Shown in pieces: positions 1-7,838 of a stretch of DNA of 64,000 bases. The DNA lies in contig CAWJSR010000057.1 of the NCBI GenBank assembly GCA_963845515.1, forward strand, positions 128,001-192,000, given 5' to 3'. The stretch's first letter is position 1. Every line of letters starts with the position of its first letter. A model generated the notes under the pieces. It had not been told where the DNA came from and made no database searches. It was given only the letters and a program-made list of their open reading frames with translations. The DNA comes from an uncultured delta proteobacterium. GTDB taxonomy: Bacteria; Myxococcota; Myxococcia; Myxococcales; Anaeromyxobacteraceae. The position numbers and the translations under genes are program-made.

Positions 1-196
1 GGAGCGCGACCGCCTCGCGCGCCAACCGGGCGTTCTCCGCGGCGAGCCGTACGTTCTCCGCGCGCATCCGCTCCACCTCGACCGCCATCCTCACGTGCTT
101 GCGGATGCCGGACGGGTCGAGCGCGGACGCGGCCGCGAGGAGCGCCACGGCCCCAACGAAGAGGAGGATCTTTTTCCGCTGTCGTGGCGGGGACAT
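1..196 (-). CDS. FtsB/DivIC-family septum formation initiator, 5' part (runs off window)
   Basis: Manual translation MSPPRQRKKILLFVGAVALLAAASALDPSGIRKHVRMAVEVERMRAENVRLAAENARLAREAVAL: basic N-terminus, one TM helix, G motif, then coiled coil. Not in ORF track. Confidence 0.7.
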   Translation of the reverse strand, partial: MSPPRQRKKILLFVGAVALLAAASALDPSGIRKHVRMAVEVERMRAENVRLAAENARLAREAVAL

Positions 197-257
197 ACGA
201 GGGTCCACGCAACCCTATCAGGGTGCGCGGACCCGTCCAGAAATCGGACGATAACGC

Positions 258-938
258 CTAGGCCTGCTCGGCCACCGGCTTCACGTAGATCTCCGCCGCG
301 ATCTCCGGATCGATCGCGATGGTGGTCTCGCCGACCTCGATCACGAACGCCGGCGAGCGCTGGTGGAGCCGGATCTCGGAGCCCGGGATGACGCCGAGGG
401 CGGCCAGCCGGTCCATGCGGTCGTGGAAGCGTGGCGCGATGAAGACGATCCGACCGCGCGCGCCGAGGTCGAAGTTGGGGAGCCCGGTGACGAGGGGCCT
501 CACCGTCCGGCGGAAGGCCCCGCAGCAGTCGCCCGGCGGGATGGGCTTCCCGTGCGGGCAGGTCGGCGGGTGGCCGAGCAGCGTGCAGACCGACTCGGTC
601 GCCTCCGGCGAGAGGATGTGCTCGAACTCGCAGGCCTGAGGCTCGGTCGCTTCGTCGCCCATCAGCAGGACGTCGTGGAAGAGCCGCTCGGTGAGCCGGT
701 GGCGCCGCACCACCCCTCGCGCCCGCCGCTCGCCCTCGCCGGTGAGGGTGACGCGCTCCCCGTCGAGCTCGACGAAGCCGCCTGCCTCCAGCTCGCGCAG
801 GTCCTCGGCGCGTGCGTCCGGGGCGTGGGCCGCGCCGGGGTGGGCGAGGATCGCGAGCGCCTCGTCGGTTCCACGCTCCCGCTCCGTGTAGACCGACTCG
901 AGGATCTCCTCCTGCCGCCGTGCATCGATGGGGCTCAC
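258..938 (-). CDS. DtxR/MntR-family metal-dependent regulator with C-terminal FeoA domain
   Basis: RRHRLTERLF, ACEFEH, LGHPPTCPHGKPIP metal/dimer motifs; FeoA motif RLAALGVIPGSEI; GTG start overlaps the upstream stop (GTGA 935-938). Confidence 0.85.
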   Translation of the reverse strand: MSPIDARRQEEILESVYTERERGTDEALAILAHPGAAHAPDARAEDLRELEAGGFVELDGERVTLTGEGERRARGVVRRHRLTERLFHDVLLMGDEATEPQACEFEHILSPEATESVCTLLGHPPTCPHGKPIPPGDCCGAFRRTVRPLVTGLPNFDLGARGRIVFIAPRFHDRMDRLAALGVIPGSEIRLHQRSPAFVIEVGETTIAIDPEIAAEIYVKPVAEQA

Positions 939-1150
939 GTACCCGTCCTCCTGCGCTCGAACCGGTCGAGCACCTTCCGTAGCCGGCCCGCGAGGCCCGC
1001 GCGTTCCTGTGGGAAGCTGTAGCCACACCCCGGGCAGCAGACGACCCGGCACCCCTTCGCGAGGGGGCAGCTCGGCCGGCACCCCTGCATCGAGGGGTCG
1101 AAGGACTGCCCGCAGAGGGGGCAGCGCTCGTGGGCCGCGTCGCTGGACAC
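935..1150 (-). CDS. Small Cys-rich protein in the feo operon (71 aa)
   Basis: GTG preceded by GGGAGGG; CPLC..CRPSCPLAKGCRVVCCPGC (8 Cys); fills the gap between feoB and the DtxR/FeoA gene. Confidence 0.75.
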   Translation of the reverse strand: MSSDAAHERCPLCGQSFDPSMQGCRPSCPLAKGCRVVCCPGCGYSFPQERAGLAGRLRKVLDRFERRRTGT

Positions 1151-1161
1151 GTTCCCTCCCG

Positions 1162-3228
1162 CTAGTAGAGCCACCGCATGAGGACGTTGAGCAACGCCCC
1201 GACGCCCACCGAGAACGGGAGGATGAAGGCGGCCATGCCGACGCCGGTCTTCCACCCCCGCTCCTTTACGATCATGAAGAAGTTGGCGATGCACGGGATG
1301 AAGAGCGTGACGGTGACCAGCGCGACGGTCACCTCGATCTCCATGGTCCGGGTCATCGTCCCGGCCTCCATGAAGGGCTGATACCGCTGGAAGAGCCCGG
1401 CCGCCGCGTAATCGCGCCGGAGGAAGCCGAGGATGAAGGCGGCCGCCGCCTCCTGCGGCAGCCCCAGGATCCCGGTGACGACCGGCCGCGCCGCCCGCTC
1501 CAGGGCGCGCAGCCAGCCGAGGCGATCGAGCCCCCACAGCAGGAGCGTGCCCAGCACGAAGAGCGGCATCGCCTCGCGGAGGTACCACTCGATCCTGGCG
1601 AGCGTCTTCACCGCGATGTTTCCCGCCTGCGGGACGCGCAGCGGCGGCAGCTCAAGCATGAAGTCGGAGCCCCGGCCCGGGAGGACCTTGGCGGCGAGCC
1701 AGCCGACGAGGAAGAGCACGAGCAGGATGGTGCCGACGAACCAGACCGACGCCGCGAACGGCAGGCCGGCGGTCATCGCGAGGATCACGGCGATCTGCGC
1801 GCTGCAGGGGATGGCGAGCGCGAGGAGCAGGGTGACGATGACCCGCTCCTTCCGCGTCTCCATGATCCGCGCCGTCATGGTCGCCATGGTGTCGCAGCCC
1901 AGGCCCAGCACCATCGGCAGGACCGCCTTGCCGTTGAGCCCCATCCGCCGGAAGAGCTTGTTCACCATCACCGCGAGCCGCGGGAGGTAGCCGGAGTCCT
2001 CCAGGATGCTGAAGGAGATGAAGAAGGTGGCGACGATCGGCAGCACGATGGCGAGGCCGTAGGAGAGCCCCATCGAGACGACGCCGTACTGGCCCACGAG
2101 GATCCCGTGCGAGGCGATCGGCGCCACGCCCGGCGGGCCCACCAGGAACTCCTGCACGGCGCCGGCCGGCGCCAGGAAGCGGACGAGCCGGTCGGTCCAG
2201 GGGACGACGTAGCCCTCGAAGACGGTGTGGCCCAGGAAGTCGACCGCCGTCCCCGCCCCCAGGACGCCGACGAAGAAGTAGGCGGCTCCCAGCACGGCCG
2301 CCAGGATCGGGACGCCCCAGAGCGGGTGCGTGGACCAGTGGCCGATCCGGCGCGCCAGGCCGCTCCCGGACGACGCGACCACGCGCGTCACCACTGCGTC
2401 GTGGAGCCGATCCACCGAGGCGAGCCGCTGGCGCGCGACCACGAACCTGAGGGACTCCGGGTAGCGGGCCGCGAGCGCGCGCCGGATCTCCTCGATGCGG
2501 GCGATGGTCTCCACCGGGAGCCTGCCGGAGAGCCACGCCCGCAGCGAGTCGTCACCCACGAGCGCCATCAGGGCGAGGGCGCGCGGGCCGATCCCGCCGC
2601 GGGGCAGCAGCGGCGCCACCTCGGCGACCGCCCGCTCTATCGCGGCGTCGTAATGTGGGGAGAAGCGGGAGGGACGTGCCGAGGCCAGCTTCGCCTGGAG
2701 CGTCGAGAGCCCCTTCCGCTCGACGGCGACCGTCGACACGACCTCGATCCCCAGCTCACCGGAGAGCTTCGGAATGTCGATGACGAAGCCGCGGCTGGTC
2801 GCCTCGTCGGCCATGTTGAGCGCGAGCGTGAACGGCACCTCCGCCTCGGCGAGCTGCGCCGTCAGCAGCAGCCCGCGGCGCAGGTTCTTGGCGTCACAGA
2901 CCTGGATGCAGAGGTAGCCGGTCTCGGAGAGCAGGATGTCCCGCGTGACCTGCTCGTCCTCGGACATGGGGAGCAGGTTGTTGGTGCCGGGGGTGTCCAT
3001 CACCTTCCAGGCGCGCCCCTCGATGGTGGCCGAGCCGTGGGTGACCTCCACCGTCGTGCCCGGGTAGTTGGACACGGTCACGTACTTGCCGGTGAGCGCG
3101 CCGAACAGGACGCTCTTCCCGACGTTCGGGTTGCCGACCAGGATGACGGTCCGGTCGGCAGCGACCACCTGCTTCCCCTCGAGCGCCCCCCCCGCGAGCT
3201 CCAGCGCCTCGTTCGTGCCCCGCTTCAA
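1162..3228 (-). CDS. feoB: Ferrous iron transport protein B
   Basis: G1 GNPNVGKS, VSNYPGTTVE, DTPG, LNMAD; membrane motifs LEDSGYLPR, GLGC, IPCSA, MELPPLRVP; TTG start overlaps the fur stop (TTGA). Confidence 0.97.
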   Translation of the reverse strand: MKRGTNEALELAGGALEGKQVVAADRTVILVGNPNVGKSVLFGALTGKYVTVSNYPGTTVEVTHGSATIEGRAWKVMDTPGTNNLLPMSEDEQVTRDILLSETGYLCIQVCDAKNLRRGLLLTAQLAEAEVPFTLALNMADEATSRGFVIDIPKLSGELGIEVVSTVAVERKGLSTLQAKLASARPSRFSPHYDAAIERAVAEVAPLLPRGGIGPRALALMALVGDDSLRAWLSGRLPVETIARIEEIRRALAARYPESLRFVVARQRLASVDRLHDAVVTRVVASSGSGLARRIGHWSTHPLWGVPILAAVLGAAYFFVGVLGAGTAVDFLGHTVFEGYVVPWTDRLVRFLAPAGAVQEFLVGPPGVAPIASHGILVGQYGVVSMGLSYGLAIVLPIVATFFISFSILEDSGYLPRLAVMVNKLFRRMGLNGKAVLPMVLGLGCDTMATMTARIMETRKERVIVTLLLALAIPCSAQIAVILAMTAGLPFAASVWFVGTILLVLFLVGWLAAKVLPGRGSDFMLELPPLRVPQAGNIAVKTLARIEWYLREAMPLFVLGTLLLWGLDRLGWLRALERAARPVVTGILGLPQEAAAAFILGFLRRDYAAAGLFQRYQPFMEAGTMTRTMEIEVTVALVTVTLFIPCIANFFMIVKERGWKTGVGMAAFILPFSVGVGALLNVLMRWLY

Positions 3229-3746
3229 GCGCGCCCCTCCCCGCTCCCCTTCGCGCCTGCGGCGCGCCCGCGGCACGCGCCGCAGCGACCGTAGAGCTCG
3301 AGCCTGTGCTCCTCGACCTCGAACGCGTGGCGCCGCGCGACGAGCACCTGCAGCCGTTCGATCTCGTCGTTGGCGAACTCCACGATCGTGCCGCAGCGCG
3401 TGCAGATCAGGTGATCGTGATGCGTCCGGCCCACCGCCGACTCCCAGCGGGTCTGCCCCTCGCCGAAGTGGCGGGGCACCGCCAGGCCGCTCTCACCCAG
3501 CAGCTTCAGCGTGCGGTAGACCGTGGCGACGCTCACCCGGCGATCCACCGCGCGGACGCGCTCGACCAGCTCGTCCGCCGACACGTGGCCGGTCATGGCA
3601 AAGAGGGCCTCTGCCACGAGCTCGCGCTGGCGCGACTGCTTGAGGCCGCGCTCTGCGATGAAGGCAGCCAGGCGCGCTCGCACGTCCTTGAGCGTCGCGC
3701 GCTCCGGGGGCGTGCGCTTCGCGGCGTCGCGATCTGCTGGGGTCAT
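3225..3746 (-). CDS. fur: Fur-family transcriptional regulator
   Basis: GLKQSRQRELV, HVSADEL, SVATVYRTLKLL, HHDHLICTRCG, YGRCGAC. Confidence 0.93.
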   Translation of the reverse strand: MTPADRDAAKRTPPERATLKDVRARLAAFIAERGLKQSRQRELVAEALFAMTGHVSADELVERVRAVDRRVSVATVYRTLKLLGESGLAVPRHFGEGQTRWESAVGRTHHDHLICTRCGTIVEFANDEIERLQVLVARRHAFEVEEHRLELYGRCGACRGRAAGAKGSGEGRA

Positions 3747-3767
3747 ATTGATAACGGTTGTCAATAT
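3745..3767. promoter_or_regulatory. Fur-box-like palindrome abutting the fur start codon
   Basis: ATATTGATAACGGTTGTCAATAT: 11-1-11 inverted repeat with one mismatch; core TGATAAC-G-GTTGTCA resembles the 7-1-7 Fur box; AT-rich patch in GC-rich DNA. Confidence 0.8.
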
Positions 3768-3830
3768 CAGTCGGCGGGCGCGGGCACAAGCCCCGACTCG
3801 CCCCGCCGTCGGACGCGGTCCAGCGCGTGG

Positions 3831-4430
3831 TCAGCGAGGCTCGGCCAGCGCGGCGCGCCACCGCTCGGCGGCGCCGGCGCCCTCCCCTACATCCCGACCC
3901 ACGAGCGCGACCAGCGAGGCGTGCGCCTGCCGGCGGACCTCCGCCGACGGGTCAGACAGGAGCGCCAGGAGCCGCTCCGCGTGCGGCATGGCCTCCGCGC
4001 GCGGTCTCGCGCGGAGCACCTCCGCCGCGAGGGCGCGCAGCTCCGGCTCGTTGGAGGCCAGGGCCCGCGCGAGGTCCACGGGGCGGTCGGAGCGGCCGGG
4101 GAGATCCCGGTCGATCGCCCACCGGACCAGCAGCGCGAAGACGAGCGACATCAGCGCGAGCTGCATCATCGTCTTCCCGGCCGGGTAGCGGCCCTCGCGC
4201 ACCAGCGTGAAGCGGTAGAGGGCGTACCCCACGATGAAGGCTCCCACCAGGGCGACCGGGGCTAGCGTGAGCGCCGGCGGGAGCCGTCCCTCTCGCACCG
4301 CCTCGCGGAGGGCGGGGAGCCCCTCCAGCGTGGCCATCACCGCCACCAGCAGCAGGACCCACAGGACCCACCGCAGGGACCTCACCAGGGCGACGGCACG
4401 CCTGCTGACCTCGTTCTCCTCCGCACTCAT
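3831..4430 (-). CDS. Membrane protein with C-terminal HEAT repeat
   Basis: Three hydrophobic segments, then LLALLSDPSAEVRRQAHASL. Confidence 0.75.
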   Translation of the reverse strand: MSAEENEVSRRAVALVRSLRWVLWVLLLVAVMATLEGLPALREAVREGRLPPALTLAPVALVGAFIVGYALYRFTLVREGRYPAGKTMMQLALMSLVFALLVRWAIDRDLPGRSDRPVDLARALASNEPELRALAAEVLRARPRAEAMPHAERLLALLSDPSAEVRRQAHASLVALVGRDVGEGAGAAERWRAALAEPR

Positions 4431-4521
4431 GGTGGTGATTCGACCACGCCCCCGCGAGCTGGGCAACGGTTCGGCCGCAGGATCTTGACTCCTGCCGGTG
4501 CTCGGCGCAGTTTCCGCCCGC

Positions 4522-6006
4522 ATGGCCGACATCGACCCCGAGCTCATCGAGAGAGCGATCCGCTGGTGCGCCGAGGCCGGAAGGCAGGCGACCCCCGCGC
4601 TCGCGAGGGCGGCGCTCTCCCCCCTCTCCTGGGACGAGCTGTTGGCCGTCCGCGCCCTGCTCGCCGACCCGCCGCCGGTCATCCCCCTCGGCCCCTTCGC
4701 GCTGGCGGACATCGCACGCGGCGCTCCCGCGGACGTCGCCGCAGAGCGGGAGCGCGGTGGACTCTACCGGGCGTCCGCGTCAGGGGCCGGCGCGGAGCCC
4801 GCCCCCGAGCCTCCCACCCGAAAGTCCCACGCCACCAAGGGACCGAAGCGCACCCGCGTTCCGTTCCTGGTCCGGCGCGCGGGAGATCGCCAGCTGCCAC
4901 CGGAGCCCACGCCCAGGCCCCTCCCGCTCCTGGACGAGCTGCTGCTCGACGAGGAGCGCGCCGTCCTCGAACGGCTCGTCCGCCGTCACGGCGGCAAGCG
5001 CACCCTGATCGTCGCGGCGCTCGGGGCTGGCTGGCGCCGCGCCGACGGGGGCGTGGTCGACGGCACGGACCTGGACCGGCTCCTCTCGCAGCACGGGATG
5101 GCCCGCGCGTTCGGGATCCGGGAGCGAGATGAGCTCCTCCACGCCCTGCGAGCCGCCGGCGGCGTCCGCGGCAAGGCCGCCGCGGCGCTCGGGATGGATG
5201 TCGCAGCGCTCGACGCCGCGCTGGACCGGCTCGGCGCTCGCGCCGAAGCCGAGCGGTTCCGGGACCAGCGCCGCGCCGAGTTGCGTGCGCGAGGCACGCT
5301 GGCTCAGAGAACGCACCTCCTCCTGGACGACACGGACCGGATCGCCGACCTCGACCTCCTCGAGGAATTCGTCGGCGATCTGCGGGAGCGGCTCCCAGAC
5401 CACCTGCGCGCCCTCGCCGCTTCCAGCTCGGATCAGCTCATCGACCAGCTATGCCGCAGCCTCTCGCTCGATCGGAACGGCGTGGAGCGATTGGCACATC
5501 GCACCGGCCTCTCGCTGGAGACCCCGCCACAGGCGAGCGCGTCAGCCGGAGCGCGCGACCGGTGGCTGCCGCCTCCGCGCGAAGCCGACGCTTCGGCGCA
5601 CGCCAGGCCCCGCTCGGTAAAGGCTCGGGCTCCGTGGACGAGCAGCCGTCCCGGTGGAGCCAGCCGTCCCGGTGGAGCCAGCCGTCCCGGTGGAACCAGC
5701 CGTCCCGGTGGAACCAGCCGTCCCGGTGGAACCAGCCGTCCCGGTGGAGCCAGCCGTCCCGGTGGAGCCAGCCGTCCCGGTGGAACCAGCCGTCCCGGTG
5801 GAACCAGCCGTCCCGGTGGAACCAGCCGTCCCGGTGGAACCAGCCGTCCCGGTGGAACCAGCCGTCCCGGTGGAACCAGCCGTCCCGGTGGAACCAGCCG
5901 TCCCGGTGGAACCAGCCGTCCCGGTGGGGGCCGGCGGCCCGGTCCGCCCACCGGAGGTCACCCCGGTGCACGGCCTCGCGGCGGCACCCGGCCCCCCAGG
6001 CGCTGA
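4522..6006 (+). CDS. Hypothetical protein with Fis-like HTH and SRPGG(A/T) repeat tail
   Basis: [25 protein letters not shown] resembles a Fis-type HTH; long open frame with GC3 bias. Confidence 0.65.
   Translation: MADIDPELIERAIRWCAEAGRQATPALARAALSPLSWDELLAVRALLADPPPVIPLGPFALADIARGAPADVAAERERGGLYRASASGAGAEPAPEPPTRKSHATKGPKRTRVPFLVRRAGDRQLPPEPTPRPLPLLDELLLDEERAVLERLVRRHGGKRTLIVAALGAGWRRADGGVVDGTDLDRLLSQHGMARAFGIRERDELLHALRAAGGVRGKAAAALGMDVAALDAALDRLGARAEAERFRDQRRAELRARGTLAQRTHLLLDDTDRIADLDLLEEFVGDLRERLPDHLRALAASSSDQLIDQLCRSLSLDRNGVERLAHRTGLSLETPPQASASAGARDRWLPPPREADASAHARPRSVKARAPWTSSRPGGASRPGGASRPGGTSRPGGTSRPGGTSRPGGASRPGGASRPGGTSRPGGTSRPGGTSRPGGTSRPGGTSRPGGTSRPGGTSRPGGTSRPGGGRRPGPPTGGHPGARPRGGTRPPRR
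5644..5928 (+). repeat. 18-bp in-frame tandem repeat, ~16 copies (AGCCGTCCCGGTGGA[G/A]CC)
   Basis: Directly visible; encodes [12 protein letters not shown]. Confidence 0.98.
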
Positions 6007-6011
6007 CGGTC

Positions 6012-6386
6012 CTACCGGACCTTCGGAACGGCCTTGCCCTTCTCGAAGACGACCCCGTCGCCAAACTTGGCGACAATCGCCTTCTTGGTCTTCAGCCCGG
6101 TCATGTCGATGACGAAGGTGGGCACGCGCCGCGCGCGGCGGTCGGCCGCCCACCGCGTGATCTCCGAGCGCTGACGGGCCGAACGCACGCCCTTGCCTCC
6201 CCGGCTGGTGCGACGCCCCCGCCCCGAGGTGGCGGCCGCGACGCCGGCGGCCAGCTCCTCCTCGAGCCGGTCGGCTGCGAGCCGTGCAATCGCCTTGGCG
6301 ATCACCTTTGACGCGCGCTTGACGACGCCTTCCATTGCCTGGCGGACGGCGGCATCGATCGAGTTGGGAGCGGCGTTACGGGCCAT
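6012..6386 (-). CDS. Small basic hypothetical protein (124 aa), possible nucleoid-associated protein
   Basis: GGAGG RBS before ATG; helical N-terminus, RG-rich linker, C-terminal [19 protein letters not shown]. Confidence 0.75.
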   Translation of the reverse strand: MARNAAPNSIDAAVRQAMEGVVKRASKVIAKAIARLAADRLEEELAAGVAAATSGRGRRTSRGGKGVRSARQRSEITRWAADRRARRVPTFVIDMTGLKTKKAIVAKFGDGVVFEKGKAVPKVR

Positions 6387-6512
6387 GCTGACCTCCGGTG
6401 GACGTGTTGATTGGATTGACGTCAATGATTGAGCGCGCGAGGCCTCTGCCGTGGCTTTACCCCATTCTTTGCCCTGCGCAAAGGCATAATTTCCTGCTAT
6501 GAAGCGGCTCGC

Positions 6513-6596
6513 GGCCCTCTGGCGAAACGGCAGACGCGCTCGACTCAAAATCGAGTGGGGCGAACCCCCGTCCCGGTTCGAGTCCGGGGAGGGCCA
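6513..6596 (+). tRNA. tRNA-Leu(CAA), CCA not encoded
   Basis: Acceptor GGCCCTC/GAGGGCC+A; anticodon stem CTCGA/TCGAG with loop CT-CAA-AA; long variable arm; T arm CCCGG-TTCGAGT-CCGGG. Confidence 0.95.
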
Positions 6597-6608
6597 CATC
6601 CTCCGCCA

Positions 6609-6649
6609 GCGCGTGGCCCCGTCCCCCCTTGCGGGACGGGGCCACGCGC
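6609..6649. terminator. Perfect 17-bp hairpin downstream of the tRNA (no clear U-tract)
   Basis: GCGCGTGGCCCCGTCCC / GGGACGGGGCCACGCGC, 7-nt loop. Confidence 0.55.
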
Positions 6650-6686
6650 GTGTATCCATGCCGGCTCACCGGCGCCTGGAGCGGTC

Positions 6687-7415
6687 ATGCTCAACCTCGT
6701 CATCAGCCTCGCCGCAGGACTCGTCCTCGGGATCGTCGTCGCGCTCGCCACGCAGCTCGGCGCCGTCGCCGCGATCATCCCCGGCGTCATCGTCGCGATC
6801 GCGGTCTACCTCGTCCTCGTCCGGAGGACCTGGAAGCAGCTGGAGGCGATCTTCGACACCGTCCAGAAGGAGCTGCAGTCGCAGCGCGTGGACAAGGCGC
6901 TGCAGATCCTGCAGTCGGGCTTCCGGCTCGCCCCGTGGCAGTTCCTGGTGGCCTCGCAGCTCCACTCGAACATCGGGATCCTCCACTTCGTGAAGGGGAA
7001 CGACGAGGCCGCCCTGCCCCACCTCGAGAAGAGCTTCACCCGCAACTGGATCGCCCGCGCGATGCTCGGCGTCGCCCGCTACCGCGCCCACGACGTCGCC
7101 GGGATGACCCGCGTCTTCGAGGAGGCGGTGAAGGTCAACAAGAAGGAGGGGCTCCTCTTTCAGGTGTACGCCTGGATCCTCGACAAGGAGGGGCGCCGCG
7201 CCGACGCGATCGCGCTGCTCGGGCGGGCCGTGGCGGCGAACCCCTCCGACGAGAAGCTGAAGACGTCGCTGCAGGCGCTGCAGAACGACAAGAAGCTGAA
7301 GCTCGGCAAGCTCTACGCCGAGCAGTGGTTCCAGTTCCGCCTCGAGAACGTCCCGCCCACGCTCAACATGCCGGGCTACAGGCCCGGCCGCAGGGCGATG
7401 TTCCGTCCTCGCTGA
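6687..7415 (+). CDS. Membrane-anchored TPR protein
   Basis: Two N-terminal TM helices, then TPR-like helices (HSNIGILHF..DEAALPHLEKS; ADAIALLGRAVAANPSD). Confidence 0.8.
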   Translation: MLNLVISLAAGLVLGIVVALATQLGAVAAIIPGVIVAIAVYLVLVRRTWKQLEAIFDTVQKELQSQRVDKALQILQSGFRLAPWQFLVASQLHSNIGILHFVKGNDEAALPHLEKSFTRNWIARAMLGVARYRAHDVAGMTRVFEEAVKVNKKEGLLFQVYAWILDKEGRRADAIALLGRAVAANPSDEKLKTSLQALQNDKKLKLGKLYAEQWFQFRLENVPPTLNMPGYRPGRRAMFRPR

Positions 7416-7432
7416 GAGGCCGCCGCTCCGCT

Positions 7433-7451
7433 GCGCCCCGCCCGGGGGCGC
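7433..7451 (-). promoter_or_regulatory. Putative SECIS for the C-terminal Sec
   Basis: GCGCCCC-CGGGC-GGGGCGC starts 10 nt after the UGA at 7462-7464; G-containing loop. Confidence 0.6.
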
Positions 7452-7452
7452 C

Positions 7453-7677
7453 TCACACGCTTCAAGTGCCGCCGTGGCCGACGGTCGTCGTCTCGCCCAT
7501 CCTGATGAGCGGGACTCTTCGATCTCCGCCGGACAGCTCCAGGAAGCGCGCCATCGCGGCGGCGTCCTGCTTCACGTCGAAGAACCTGACCTCGAACCCC
7601 TTGGCGCCGAAGTCCACACGGGCGGCGTTGGTATGGGGTCAGGTGTGCTTCCCGTAGATCTCCACGAACTCGGCCAT
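7453..7677 (-). CDS. UXX-star-type glutaredoxin-like selenoprotein with two Sec (U13, U72), 74 aa
   Basis: GAGGTGA RBS, ATG 7677; MAEFVEIYGKHT-U-PHTNAARVDFGAKGFEVRFFDVKQDAAAMARFLELSGGDRRVPLIRMGETTTVGHGGT-U-SV*; TGA at 7639-7641 and 7462-7464; Grx cis-Pro motif RVP; a hairpin follows each UGA. Confidence 0.88.
7597..7638 (-). promoter_or_regulatory. Putative SECIS for the N-terminal Sec
   Basis: Immediately after UGA: CCCC-ATACCAA-CGCCG-CCCGTGTGGACTT-CGGCG-CCAA-GGGG forms a two-part stem. Confidence 0.5.
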
Positions 7678-7838
7678 CGCTCACCTCGCACGCTCCAGAT
7701 GTAGTCCTCGCCGGCCATGGGCGCTCCGCCGGTTGGACCGGCCGCCCCGATCCCGCACGGGGCGCGCCCCGACCGCCCCCGGCCGGGGACTGAAATTCTC
7801 CTTCGAAGCCAATAGACTCCATGGAAGGGGGAGGTTGC

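Noticed and set aside
5644..5928. CRISPR array
   Set aside because: Head-to-tail 18-bp units without unique spacers, no cas genes, and in frame within a CDS.
5433..6311. Alternative-frame repeat proteins (HRDGWF, QPSRWN, VEPAVP, GSTGTA)
   Set aside because: The repeat unit has no stop in any frame; these are shadow ORFs.
6513..6649. Prophage or island integrated at tRNA-Leu
   Set aside because: No integrase and no duplicated tRNA 3' end seen near either tRNA.
7453..7455. Third Sec at the terminal UGA
   Set aside because: The hairpin is only 1 nt away, read-through would run antisense into the TPR gene, and the family pattern is U-x-x-stop.
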